In this document: positions 16,756-25,779 of the stretch, piece by piece
Layout of the letters: each line of letters begins with the position of its first letter
How positions within the stretch are numbered: position 1 is the first letter of the stretch
Sequence record: PQ182779.1
Length of the DNA: 64,000 bases
Direction: 5' to 3' (one strand)
Program-made: the position numbers and the translations under genes
Notes under the pieces: generated by a model
Databases searched by the model: none
What the model was told of the DNA's origin: nothing
What the model saw: only the letters and a program-made list of their open reading frames with translations

Positions 16756-16923
16756 ATGTCACAAACCACCCCTGAAAAGAAAGACGAAAGTCTGGATTTT
16801 GATTCATTCACTCTGAGCGAAGAAGAAGCGGAATCGGCGTTAGCGAAAGCCGAAGCGTTTATCGAAGAACAACCCGAAATCGAAGCCAGCGATGACTGCG
16901 AAGGCGGGGCATGTAAAATTTAA
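16756..16923 (+). CDS. 55-aa acidic peptide ending in an NrdA-like redox tail (DDCEGGACKI); not in ORF track
   Basis: SD AAGGA; clean ORF MSQTTPEKKDESLDFDSFTLSEEEAESALAKAEAFIEEQPEIEASDDCEGGACKI*; followed by a terminator. Confidence 0.85.
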   Translation: MSQTTPEKKDESLDFDSFTLSEEEAESALAKAEAFIEEQPEIEASDDCEGGACKI

Positions 16924-16927
16924 TTCT

Positions 16928-16955
16928 AAGGGCGTTTTCGCCCTTATTTGTTTTG
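16928..16955 (+). terminator. intrinsic terminator
   Basis: AAGGGCG-TTTT-CGCCCTT then T-rich. Confidence 0.65.
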
Positions 16956-17375
16956 TTTCATGAAAGGGTATTCAACGTGTTTAAACCGGCTAATGTTAGT
17001 AAACTAGTTAATATTTATCTCCCCTTACCGAACTACCTGCGCGCTGCCGATATCGAACGGTTATCAAGGGCGTTTAAAACCAGACAAGTTCTTGAGGGTG
17101 AACTTAATCCTCAATTAACTAAACTCGCTTGGGAAAATACTAACGAATTCTTCGCACGTTTTAGAAAGATCGTGACGCCTTCTCACTTCATCGGTAATTT
17201 CAGACTGACCGATAAAGGGATCAAAGCCGATATCGCCATTACGGATAAAACTTTGATCGAATACGAAGGAGTGATAACCCTTAAACGCCGCACCTTCAAT
17301 GACTATTGGAAGTTGGGTGACAGTTACAAAGACGCCCCAGGATTCTTTGGGGTAGACATTTTCACACGGAGCTAA
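16953..17375 (+). CDS. possible truncated, inactive prohead-protease paralogue
   Basis: LEGELNP...F..RF..I..PSH.I resembles the GE(L/Y).HP...R...I....SH.I core of T4 gp21/phiKZ gp175-type proteases but lacks the His. Confidence 0.4.
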   Translation: MFHERVFNVFKPANVSKLVNIYLPLPNYLRAADIERLSRAFKTRQVLEGELNPQLTKLAWENTNEFFARFRKIVTPSHFIGNFRLTDKGIKADIAITDKTLIEYEGVITLKRRTFNDYWKLGDSYKDAPGFFGVDIFTRS

Positions 17376-17377
17376 TC

Positions 17378-17611
17378 ATGGAAACTGAATGGGACCACAT
17401 TCTTCTCACGTTACAACTGGCGTACAGCGAGCACAAAACTCAAACGGCTATCAAAACAGCCGCCAGGTTAATGGCGACTAAAGTCAAAGAAATTGACTGT
17501 TATAACTGGCTGATGAAAGTGACACTCTCGCCGGCGCCATTGAAAGTTTTAGTCCGCGAACTCAAGGAGCGTCGCCCTGATGACTTACGATATTATCCGG
17601 GGGTCGCGTAG
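17378..17611 (+). CDS. hypothetical protein
   Basis: SD GGAG; 77 aa. Confidence 0.65.
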   Translation: METEWDHILLTLQLAYSEHKTQTAIKTAARLMATKVKEIDCYNWLMKVTLSPAPLKVLVRELKERRPDDLRYYPGVA

Positions 17612-17981
17612 CCGATTTTTCGTTGAGTATCCGCCATTCATCCGGATACTCGCGAGTTATCACGGGATGGAAGTTTTTGAAACGCTAGGTCCTATTTTTA
17701 AGGCGCTACAAACGCTCTCCAGAAGTGATCTTCACCTTTCTGATGTAGATACCGAATTGTTCGTAGAAACGCTCTACGATATTTTAAATTGCGATTATGA
17801 GGGATATTTACTGGATATTCAAACTGAGACCAGTTGGTTAACTATCATTGAGGGAATTGAGTACTACAATCTCACGCCCTCAATTTTGAGATGGTACGAA
17901 ACGCTTTCCAACTATTCTCGTTTTATCGATCACGGGTCTTTCCGACCGTTAAACAATTTTGGTTTTATCGTAACAGAATGA
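17580..17981 (+). CDS. hypothetical protein, resembles the 45-49 kb paralogue family
   Basis: RFFVEYPPF at the N-terminus and PLNNFGFIVTE at the C-terminus, like the array members. Confidence 0.65.
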   Translation: MTYDIIRGSRSRFFVEYPPFIRILASYHGMEVFETLGPIFKALQTLSRSDLHLSDVDTELFVETLYDILNCDYEGYLLDIQTETSWLTIIEGIEYYNLTPSILRWYETLSNYSRFIDHGSFRPLNNFGFIVTE

Positions 17982-18077
17982 AAAATTTCACCGACGACGA
18001 TTTCTTTGCCGCTATGAGCGAAATCGGGATTCACTTAGACAACGAACAAAAGAACCGCGTTTTAGAAGGAGAAGAAA

Positions 18078-18425
18078 ATGAAAAAGATTACTTTGATGGC
18101 CATCGCTCTACTGTTCACTGCTACGACCGCCCAAGCTGCGCCGAATAGCGCTTGTATCGATCGCGTCAACACTGAGGTTAAAAACGCGGTGACGTTGTTC
18201 CCTGGCGTTAACCCTAAAACCGTTCATGTCACCTTTATGCGTGCTAAGCCTTCTTCGCTTTCTGCCATGGAAGGTGAGGCGCAGACGCCAGGGTATAAAG
18301 TTTACAGCGCGGTCTCTTTCACGCAGAAAAAGGAAACCGTTCGTTGGTTGAATGAAAGCGGTGTTGTTTTTGACGGAGATGACACTTGTTCTGTACTTTA
18401 CACTAATCTGGATGTCGCGGGATGA
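18078..18425 (+). CDS. secreted/periplasmic protein
   Basis: SD AGGAG; signal peptide ending TAQA; two Cys. Confidence 0.75.
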   Translation: MKKITLMAIALLFTATTAQAAPNSACIDRVNTEVKNAVTLFPGVNPKTVHVTFMRAKPSSLSAMEGEAQTPGYKVYSAVSFTQKKETVRWLNESGVVFDGDDTCSVLYTNLDVAG

Positions 18426-18673
18426 GCGATAGACGTTTAATTGATCACGAGATGATCGATCTGCTCGTTACATTAGCCATAGCCTTTCGCGAACACAACG
18501 GAAAAGCAAAAATCATGAAACGGGTCGCGGAACGGATTTTTAAACGTCTTCGTTTTGACGAGACGAAAAATATCTGCGAACAATTCATTGTTTATCCTGA
18601 AAAGGCCGAGTTTAAATTGAACGTCTTAACCCAAACGTTCTACGGTCGTCAGATTTTAAAAATCCTGGCCTAA
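18422..18673 (+). CDS. hypothetical helical protein
   Basis: ATGA overlap with the previous gene. Confidence 0.65.
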   Translation: MSDRRLIDHEMIDLLVTLAIAFREHNGKAKIMKRVAERIFKRLRFDETKNICEQFIVYPEKAEFKLNVLTQTFYGRQILKILA

Positions 18674-18680
18674 CTATCAC

Positions 18681-18710
18681 AGAGGGGAAAATTCCCCTCT
18701 TTTATTTTTT
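18681..18710 (+). terminator. intrinsic terminator
   Basis: AGAGGGGAA/TTCCCCTCT stem plus T-run. Confidence 0.75.
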
Positions 18711-18720
18711 TGGAGAATTT

Positions 18721-19683
18721 ATGAATAATGAAATAATCGTTTATTACCACGACCTTTGCATGGACGGTTTCGCGGCAGCGGCAATCATGTATCAATATAC
18801 AAGGCTGCAGACTTTCATCCCGGTAAACTACCGTGCTATGCCGGACTTAGAAAATGAGGAGCCGGTGCATATTGTTTTTGTCGATTTCACCCCACCGTTT
18901 GAATGGGTTGAGAAGAACGCGGCACGTATACGGTCTATCGTGATCCTCGATCATCATGCAGACAAAAAAGAAGAATGTGATAAGATCCAAAAATTCTTCG
19001 GGGCGACGGTTGTTTATTTCGACACAGAACTTTCAGGGGCGGGTTTAGCATGGAAATATGTTAATTCTACCCCTATGCCAGAAGTGATTCGTTTAATCAA
19101 TAACCGCGACCTCTGGATTGCAGAAGAGAGCGAACGCAATTACCACGAGCTCTTTGTTCAGTATTTGAGGAAGGGGGATAAGGATGAAATTTTCCCACCT
19201 TTCATTGAGTTGTTTAAATACAGCAAAGAACAAGTTGAAGAAATTCTCCGCCCGCAGGCCGAACTGTTAGTAAAAGGTCGGGATAAAAATATTGCGTTTC
19301 ACCTGAATAAAGCAGTCATTATTGAAGAGGCGGCAGAAAGTCCTTTCTCTGTGGCGTATATTTCTGCTCCGTATTATTACGCTTCTGAAGCGGCCAGTAC
19401 AATCATGGCCCAAGACGACAAAGTTAATCTGGTCGTGAACGTAACGTTAAACCGGAACGGTCTCGGTTTGTCGTTCCGATCACGCAAAGGGACAGGTTTG
19501 GCACAACAAGCCGCGGTGCGATTTAACGGTGGTGGGCACGCTGAGGCTGCTGGCGGGGTCTTTGACCATCCTGTGCCTTTTACCGTGCTTCATGAGATGA
19601 TTTTCCGCACTGATCCCCATGAGGCGTATCTTAACTTTTTACTCGATCAATACAGTGAACTGGGTACAAATAACAAAGGGTAA
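18721..19683 (+). CDS. DHH/DHHA1 phosphoesterase
   Basis: YH..C.DG, VFVDF, ILDHH, SFRS and GGGH..AAG motifs. Confidence 0.9.
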   Translation: MNNEIIVYYHDLCMDGFAAAAIMYQYTRLQTFIPVNYRAMPDLENEEPVHIVFVDFTPPFEWVEKNAARIRSIVILDHHADKKEECDKIQKFFGATVVYFDTELSGAGLAWKYVNSTPMPEVIRLINNRDLWIAEESERNYHELFVQYLRKGDKDEIFPPFIELFKYSKEQVEEILRPQAELLVKGRDKNIAFHLNKAVIIEEAAESPFSVAYISAPYYYASEAASTIMAQDDKVNLVVNVTLNRNGLGLSFRSRKGTGLAQQAAVRFNGGGHAEAAGGVFDHPVPFTVLHEMIFRTDPHEAYLNFLLDQYSELGTNNKG

Positions 19684-19688
19684 TATCG

Positions 19689-20189
19689 ATGGAAACTCTT
19701 TTACAACGGATACAGTCAGATAAACTGTTCATCTCGACGACCAAGGGTGTTTACTACGTTGACCTTAACCGAATCAAAAATGTTGATAAAGCGCAGAGTT
19801 TAGGTACGCTCTATCCGAAAACTTTTGTCTCGGTTATCGACCAGGATAACAACATCACTAACATCCAAACGCTTGACCTTGTAGAGGCGGAAACCGTCTT
19901 TAAATATATCATCTCGCAGTGGTCGGACTATCTTCTTCACGAAGGGGTCTTTGAGAACTCCTCAGAACACCCTAGAACGCGTTTTATTCAAGACCTTGAG
20001 ATAATGGTCTATTGGGGACCTCATACGCTCCACATCGATCTGAGGAAGTTTAACGCCATTTCTTTATTCTGGCAAACTCTGGTCATTTCCGGGAGCGGTG
20101 GAACTTTTAAGTTGACCAGTCAAAACCAAAGCTTCCTTGAGAATCTCAAAGAGTCGCTGGAACTCTATATTCAACGTAAAGGTAAATGA
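19689..20189 (+). CDS. hypothetical protein
   Basis: In operon, 166 aa. Confidence 0.7.
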   Translation: METLLQRIQSDKLFISTTKGVYYVDLNRIKNVDKAQSLGTLYPKTFVSVIDQDNNITNIQTLDLVEAETVFKYIISQWSDYLLHEGVFENSSEHPRTRFIQDLEIMVYWGPHTLHIDLRKFNAISLFWQTLVISGSGGTFKLTSQNQSFLENLKESLELYIQRKGK

Positions 20190-20785
20190 TGGAAAAATTG
20201 ATGTTCGTTTTCGATTTAGATGACACTAAATTCGAAACTGAAGTGGCGATGACTAATTGGATCAATCGGACCTTCAACTGTGGTCTGGTTTGGAAGAACC
20301 GTCTCTCGAGAACCGATCCGTTTGAAGCGCCTTACCTCAAGGCGGTTTTAGAAGACGGTCATTTCATGGAAGAAGCAGAATGGGTTTCGGGCTTTGAGCA
20401 ACTCCCTTCGCTCATTAAAGAAATGCAAACGGTCTTTGGTTCTCGCATTCAAACGATGTTCGCCACGCACCGCGGGTATCATCCTCGCGCAGCAGAGTTT
20501 ACGCAGAAACAGTTTGATCGTCTGGGCATTGAGATGGAAGGGGTTTTCCTTGACCCTGCCATTGTGCCGTGTAAAAAGACGTGGTTAGACCAGAACCTTA
20601 AGGGGTATCAGTATTACCTCTTTGACGATAACCCGCACTGGAATGGTACTGATCGCAACGAAGTCAGTAACGTCTTTTTGATGGACAAGTTGTGGAACCA
20701 GAAAGAAACCGCTTACGAACGTCTGTTCACCTTCGATGACGTGAAGCAAAAAGTTTTCGATCTCGCGGTGAAGCATTTAGGGTAA
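20186..20785 (+). CDS. HAD-family 5'(3')-nucleotidase-like protein
   Basis: Motif I FDLDDT, ATHRG, K, motif IV LFDDNP. Confidence 0.8.
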   Translation: MMEKLMFVFDLDDTKFETEVAMTNWINRTFNCGLVWKNRLSRTDPFEAPYLKAVLEDGHFMEEAEWVSGFEQLPSLIKEMQTVFGSRIQTMFATHRGYHPRAAEFTQKQFDRLGIEMEGVFLDPAIVPCKKTWLDQNLKGYQYYLFDDNPHWNGTDRNEVSNVFLMDKLWNQKETAYERLFTFDDVKQKVFDLAVKHLG

Positions 20786-20790
20786 AACAC

Positions 20791-20825
20791 AAAGAGAGAG
20801 TCCAAATGGACTCTCTCTTTTATTT
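20791..20825. terminator. bidirectional intrinsic terminator
   Basis: AAGAGAGAGTCCA/TGGACTCTCTCTT between convergent genes. Confidence 0.8.
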
Positions 20826-20959
20826 ATTCATCTTTTTTATTTTTGTCATCAAACAGGATAGAAATAACAAACGCTGTTGTAGCCATGGTGACAAGAATAC
20901 CGGTGCAAATAATTATAACGTCAACACCGGTAAGAGTACTCACACCCATATCGCCTCGC

Positions 20960-21604
20960 TTAAAGCGGTCGGCGTTTTTCGATTAAACAACCTTCCGCAT
21001 ACATGTTGTAAATAACTTTAGCCACTTCCCCACGCGTAATCAACCCATCTTTGTTCACGTCGAGACCCTTGTTCTGGAGATAGGTCGTCGGACGCGTTTT
21101 ACTGTCCCACATGACGTAAGAATCCGGTTTGGTCACGGCAACGGGCCAGAGAATTCTTAAATACCAAGACGGCAGATCGTTCAGTTTCCCTTTATAAGGG
21201 ATATACCATTTATACACGTAGTCTAGCTGTTGTACGTTGGTCATGGACTTCCACTGATCAAGTGTGATCCCGACGTCTTTGCAGAATGCGGCACCGCCCT
21301 GAATGATTCCCCAGTAAGGCGCACCCGCACCATTTTTAATTGTGGGGCTAAAGGTACGGCCGGTTTCAAACGCCATGCACGACATCAAATGACTCGGATC
21401 ACCGCCTAATTTTGCCACGATGTCTTTCGTCTTGTTGACAAACTCCAGTGAGGGGATTGCACTCCACGCGATGTCATACTTCTCGAAAGAAGCATCAAGT
21501 GCCGCTTGCGAGTTCTTACCCCATAAACCATCAACGCCTTTCGGATCGAAACCCGCGTTCTTTAACGACTGCTGTAATTTTAATGCTGCGTTTTTATCAA
21601 ACAT
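20960..21604 (-). CDS. modular endolysin: N-terminal peptidoglycan-binding domain plus lysozyme-like catalytic domain
   Basis: LQQSL...GF....VDG.WG..S..A (PG_binding_1); MAFETG.TFSP, GIIQ, QQL.YV, N.GLD.NKDG.IT. Confidence 0.85.
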   Translation of the reverse strand: MFDKNAALKLQQSLKNAGFDPKGVDGLWGKNSQAALDASFEKYDIAWSAIPSLEFVNKTKDIVAKLGGDPSHLMSCMAFETGRTFSPTIKNGAGAPYWGIIQGGAAFCKDVGITLDQWKSMTNVQQLDYVYKWYIPYKGKLNDLPSWYLRILWPVAVTKPDSYVMWDSKTRPTTYLQNKGLDVNKDGLITRGEVAKVIYNMYAEGCLIEKRRPL

Positions 21605-21677
21605 AATTCACCTCTCAACTATTCTTTCATAGGATGATTATTGCAGGTCGGTAAAATAAAAAACTTAAGAGAATAAA

Positions 21678-21705
21678 CCTCAAGGAACCCGAAGGTTCCT
21701 TGAGG
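21678..21705 (-). terminator. terminator hairpin after tail tube gene
   Basis: 12-bp stem CCTCAAGGAACC/GGTTCCTTGAGG with UUCG loop on the minus strand. Confidence 0.75.
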
Positions 21706-21731
21706 AATCTATTTACTAAGGTGTTGATAAC

Positions 21732-22607
21732 TTAGATCGCCACACCAGGTTTAGACAGGCTCGAAACTAATTGTTCGATATACCCATCGTCTCTTGCCGC
21801 CACGTCTGCTTCACGATCGCTCAGGAAGGCAGGTTGGGCGTTAAGATCGATACCCGTCTGGGACGCGCGGTCCAACATCATCTGACCGAGTTTATCAACG
21901 CCGCGACCTACCATCTGCAGACCGGTCATCGTCAAGGATACCTGGAGCTGTTCCGGTGAAGAGGTCTGATCTTTTGACATGCGCATTTCTGGGCCTTGGC
22001 CGGTCGGTTGCATGTTAGTGATCAGCGTAGAACGCAACGCGTAACGTTCGGTCGGATCCGGTTCCACAAACAGGATAGAGAAGGTGTTGTAATCCGGGTA
22101 AGTTGCAGCCGGGGTAATACCACCTTTACCAATAATCCCTGCGACGTTGGAGTTCGGTTCGCCCATGAAGTACAGGATGTAGTTGTTCCAGTAACGGGAA
22201 ACCGGCATCCCTACTTTTTCTACCCAGGTAAAGACCGGGACAGAACGAGCGCGGCGAACCTTGGACAGCGTTTGCATCATTTCGCCGCCGCCACCGAACG
22301 GGGTTTCAACGTGTTCTACTTCCAGCGTGTAATCGATACCGTCGATCGTACGAGCGTGCATCTCGATTAGCGCTTTCAGTGAACCGCCCCATTTTTCCGG
22401 GTCATCGGTGTCTTTGAAGCAGTTAGGCAACTCCATCAGAAACGCGATGGTCGGGCGACGAGTATAATCGGCCGCAGCGTGGTAATAACGGAAGTCAGGG
22501 GTATAGCCATAGGGTGCTGGGATTTCCAAGTTCGTCACGGGACCATTGGCCCCGTTAGCGTACGAACTATTAGCACTCATGACTGTGTTCGGATCTTTCT
22601 TAGCCAT
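21732..22607 (-). CDS. tail tube protein (phiKZ gp30-like)
   Basis: 291 aa, directly downstream of the sheath; size, position and PYxRR...EH/YF..P motifs of phiKZ-type tubes. Confidence 0.8.
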   Translation of the reverse strand: MAKKDPNTVMSANSSYANGANGPVTNLEIPAPYGYTPDFRYYHAAADYTRRPTIAFLMELPNCFKDTDDPEKWGGSLKALIEMHARTIDGIDYTLEVEHVETPFGGGGEMMQTLSKVRRARSVPVFTWVEKVGMPVSRYWNNYILYFMGEPNSNVAGIIGKGGITPAATYPDYNTFSILFVEPDPTERYALRSTLITNMQPTGQGPEMRMSKDQTSSPEQLQVSLTMTGLQMVGRGVDKLGQMMLDRASQTGIDLNAQPAFLSDREADVAARDDGYIEQLVSSLSKPGVAI

Positions 22608-24669
22608 TTGCTAATTCCTCTCTGGTGTATGCGACAGAAGACATATCCATTACGGTACGGAACGCGTTAGCACCGAAGTCAATGCGCATAGACCAAGAAT
22701 AACCACGTTCTTTATCGGCCTGGGTAATCTCAGAATGCGGCGTGAAGATCAGGCGGTTATCGAAGGCACCGGCACCGCGGGTGCTCACGATTTCGTCAGA
22801 GCGCTCAATCAACTGATCGTCGGTGAGTTTCTGAGTACCGCTCAGGTCACGCCACGCTTCGAAAGCGAAGCGGTTCAGGTTAGCCACGCACAGACCCACG
22901 ATAGCTGCCTTCAGTACGGAACCTTGTTCGCTGTAGAACGACTGCTGGCCCGGGTAGAACTGCGAACCGGTATCGTAGTCTTCTACGTAAACCAGGTTGT
23001 TGTTCCACTGCGCACGACGAACGCGCCAGGATTTATCGAGGTTGTTAATATTTTTAACCACCTGGACTTTCCGGTTCTCACCTTCATCCACCGCGTATTC
23101 CGGTTTGAGTACACCGTCAGAAGCGCCGGCATACTGGCAGTAAGCACGGAAACGGTCGAGGGTCAGCGGGACCGCCAGCTTACGCGTAGTTTCCGTGTAA
23201 TAACCTGCACCACCTACGATCATACCGCGGAACGCCGGGGTACCGAAATCAGAGGAGTCCGGGAAAGCGTTTACGCGAGACATCAGGGACAGCGCGATTG
23301 ATTCTTCTTCTTCATTGCTGTTGAAGTCGAGGCTGATGTCCTGAGTCGACAGGGCGATCCAGGTGTCTGCACGCAGACCGATCAGTTGCGGAATCAGTTG
23401 TTTGGTCTTCAGGTCGAAACCGGAGTCCCAGAACGCATTGAACGGATAACGCGCGTAGTTACCGATATTGAAAGATGCGCCGCTGGACATGTTGGACAGC
23501 ACCAGGTTAGCGGCAGCGTTGAAACTGGCGTTACCCAGCGTACCGTCACCACCGCCTTGCAGGTAGTTGGTGGAGGTTTCTGTCAGCGTGACGCCACCAT
23601 CCAGTACGCCCATAATCTGAACAGCGTGATACGGTACACCCTCTACCGTCTGCGCACCGAACAGGTTAATTGTGTAGAGATCCGCTTCATCGTCAGAAAC
23701 CGTACCGAAGGTGGATTCCACCGACTGTACTGCTTTCAGGACGGTATCAATGTTGGACTGATACAGGTACGGCGCATCGATCGGCGACATCAGGTAAGTC
23801 GATGGATCTTCGTCGTTGTAACGACTTTCGATACGTTCTGCGAAATCGTAAACCACTTCGGTCTGCGGATCGACTAAGTTCTCACCGAAACCGACCGACA
23901 GAGACGCTTCATTATAGATCGTCTCAAAAATAGTTGGTGAACTGTTTTTATCGGTACGGGTCAGGAGCTGGAAGCGGTACAGGAACGATTTGATACGTTC
24001 TTGCAGATCGGCATCAGCGGCCTGAGTCGAATTGACAGTCGGTGCCCAAATACGGATCGCTGTATTCGCACCGAGAGACGATTTATAACGGCAACGGAAA
24101 TCGGCCAGTGGCGTGATCGTTGACGGGTTCTCAGCGGTACCGATTGTCCCCGCAGAAGCGGTACGTTTTTTGTACTGGGAAACGCCCGACTCGTCCGTCT
24201 CGATTTTAGAGAGAACAAAGCGGAATTTGATCCCGTCTACTTGCGTGGCCAACGGAATTTTGTCACCGTTGGTATCGGTTTTATAAGTTCCGTCGTCGTT
24301 ACGCTCATAGTCGTCGATTTTAGTTTTTACCCAATCGACGGAGAGACCCAGCGTGGCGACGTCAGGGATATCTGCCGGTTCCAGACGCAAGGCCAGGAAC
24401 TGGTTACCCGCTGCAATCGCTTCCTTAATAAAAGGAGTACTGTGGGTCGCATAAACGCCGGAAAGGTTGGTAGTTTCGCTACCGTAAATGTCTTCGAATT
24501 TTACCGGATCGATCCAGGTAGGGACAGTTGGACCTTTCTGGCCGAAGAACATGATGAGCGGTCGATGAAGAGCCAGGGTCGTCGTTGAACCCGTAGAACG
24601 GGTGAACGAAATATCCTTCGTACCGCGGTAATAAATTCTGGGTGTTGATCCCGTAATTTGTTCTGACAT
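22600..24669 (-). CDS. tail sheath protein (phiKZ gp29-like)
   Basis: 689 aa; PxIxxxGxxDxS start, H.P....F.Q.GP, YP.....DSGF...TK, PS.F.GT.A.R motifs; conserved synteny. Confidence 0.85.
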   Translation of the reverse strand: MSEQITGSTPRIYYRGTKDISFTRSTGSTTTLALHRPLIMFFGQKGPTVPTWIDPVKFEDIYGSETTNLSGVYATHSTPFIKEAIAAGNQFLALRLEPADIPDVATLGLSVDWVKTKIDDYERNDDGTYKTDTNGDKIPLATQVDGIKFRFVLSKIETDESGVSQYKKRTASAGTIGTAENPSTITPLADFRCRYKSSLGANTAIRIWAPTVNSTQAADADLQERIKSFLYRFQLLTRTDKNSSPTIFETIYNEASLSVGFGENLVDPQTEVVYDFAERIESRYNDEDPSTYLMSPIDAPYLYQSNIDTVLKAVQSVESTFGTVSDDEADLYTINLFGAQTVEGVPYHAVQIMGVLDGGVTLTETSTNYLQGGGDGTLGNASFNAAANLVLSNMSSGASFNIGNYARYPFNAFWDSGFDLKTKQLIPQLIGLRADTWIALSTQDISLDFNSNEEEESIALSLMSRVNAFPDSSDFGTPAFRGMIVGGAGYYTETTRKLAVPLTLDRFRAYCQYAGASDGVLKPEYAVDEGENRKVQVVKNINNLDKSWRVRRAQWNNNLVYVEDYDTGSQFYPGQQSFYSEQGSVLKAAIVGLCVANLNRFAFEAWRDLSGTQKLTDDQLIERSDEIVSTRGAGAFDNRLIFTPHSEITQADKERGYSWSMRIDFGANAFRTVMDMSSVAYTREELANG

Positions 24670-24832
24670 GTCTTTTGCCTCTTAAAAAGAGTGGGTACCG
24701 CATAAATTATGTAGCTACTTGATGACGCTAAATCCAAGCTTGGGTGGTTTTTAAACCATAGTTTACCGGTAATACGGAAACGTCGTCATATTAACATTCT
24801 ATAGGTCACGGTCATTATCGGAGAATTAAGCA

Positions 24833-25771
24833 ATGTTTAAACACAGTTTTGACACCTCAGCCGGCAGTTCTATTTTTCCTGCGAGTCTACCCGGGAAGAT
24901 GTTGGTGGCGAACGCAGAAGGTGCATTAACCCCAATTAACCACTTTAAAGGGCTGTTCGCGGTACTGGAGAAAACCCCAGAGTTGGAAGCCATTCCTGTC
25001 TTTCGTCATCCCCTTTCTCAAGAAGTTCAAAGTATACCGTATACATATATTGATCTTCGCCCTTACCGCGGGACGTTAAAATTAAATGCAGACGGTACCA
25101 CAGACTTTGTTAATGAAGGTTCTGTCGGGATCATTTTCCGCCGTGCTGTTCTGGAGATGGCTTGGTCGGAAGGGAATATCGATGCGTTCTATTTCAACGT
25201 TGATGTCCCGTTGGCAATCTTTGCTAAGTGGTTAACTGGGCTGCTCAAAAACAAACTGAACCTGAATGAGCTGGTTGCAGAAAAACTCAAAGCAATCACT
25301 GCTTATTATTACTACTGCTTACACTGCGATGTGAAAGACTTTAACGATCGTCGTCACGAGGTCTTCTGCGTGAAGATCAGTCGCATCCTGAATATCCCTT
25401 ATCAGAAACTGGATCTGTGGTTGCGTCCGGTTGGCTACATGGCGAACCTCGATGACTATTGCAAAGCGTTAGCTGAATTCGGTGAGAGCTTATCACTGAA
25501 ACGAATTGACAAACGCATTCTCTGGACGTTGACATCAACTAGCTGGTTTGGTAGTTCAGAAGTCCGTGAGCAATTGGCCGTGGCGCTCGAATACCCACCG
25601 ATGTTTATTGCCATGATTTATTCAGCGTGTGCCGGTGAAAAGCAATACCGTAAAGCATGGTTAACGCAGTTGATTGACCGTGAAGGTCGTAATCTGAAAA
25701 CCGACGATTTCGTTGCTCGTGTTAACGACCTGATCGCATTGACGGCGAATCATCACGAGAAAACTTATTAA
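24833..25771 (+). CDS. virion structural protein (positional equivalent of phiKZ gp28)
   Basis: Divergent from the sheath gene, first of the three genes before the terminase. Confidence 0.6.
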   Translation: MFKHSFDTSAGSSIFPASLPGKMLVANAEGALTPINHFKGLFAVLEKTPELEAIPVFRHPLSQEVQSIPYTYIDLRPYRGTLKLNADGTTDFVNEGSVGIIFRRAVLEMAWSEGNIDAFYFNVDVPLAIFAKWLTGLLKNKLNLNELVAEKLKAITAYYYYCLHCDVKDFNDRRHEVFCVKISRILNIPYQKLDLWLRPVGYMANLDDYCKALAEFGESLSLKRIDKRILWTLTSTSWFGSSEVREQLAVALEYPPMFIAMIYSACAGEKQYRKAWLTQLIDREGRNLKTDDFVARVNDLIALTANHHEKTY

Positions 25772-25779
25772 AGTAGAAG

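Noticed and set aside
20806-21015. 69-aa + strand ORF between the HAD gene and the endolysin
   Set aside because: It starts inside a terminator hairpin and overlaps the endolysin 3' end; likely spurious.
22735-23877. Long antisense ORFs (188 and 163 aa) opposite the tail sheath
   Set aside because: Shadow frames produced by strong codon bias of a highly expressed gene; no SD and no recognisable motifs.
24670-24832. TATG late-promoter motifs before the sheath, virion, terminase, endolysin and head genes
   Set aside because: Consistent with phiKZ late promoters, but a 4-mer cannot be assigned to exact sites without TSS data.
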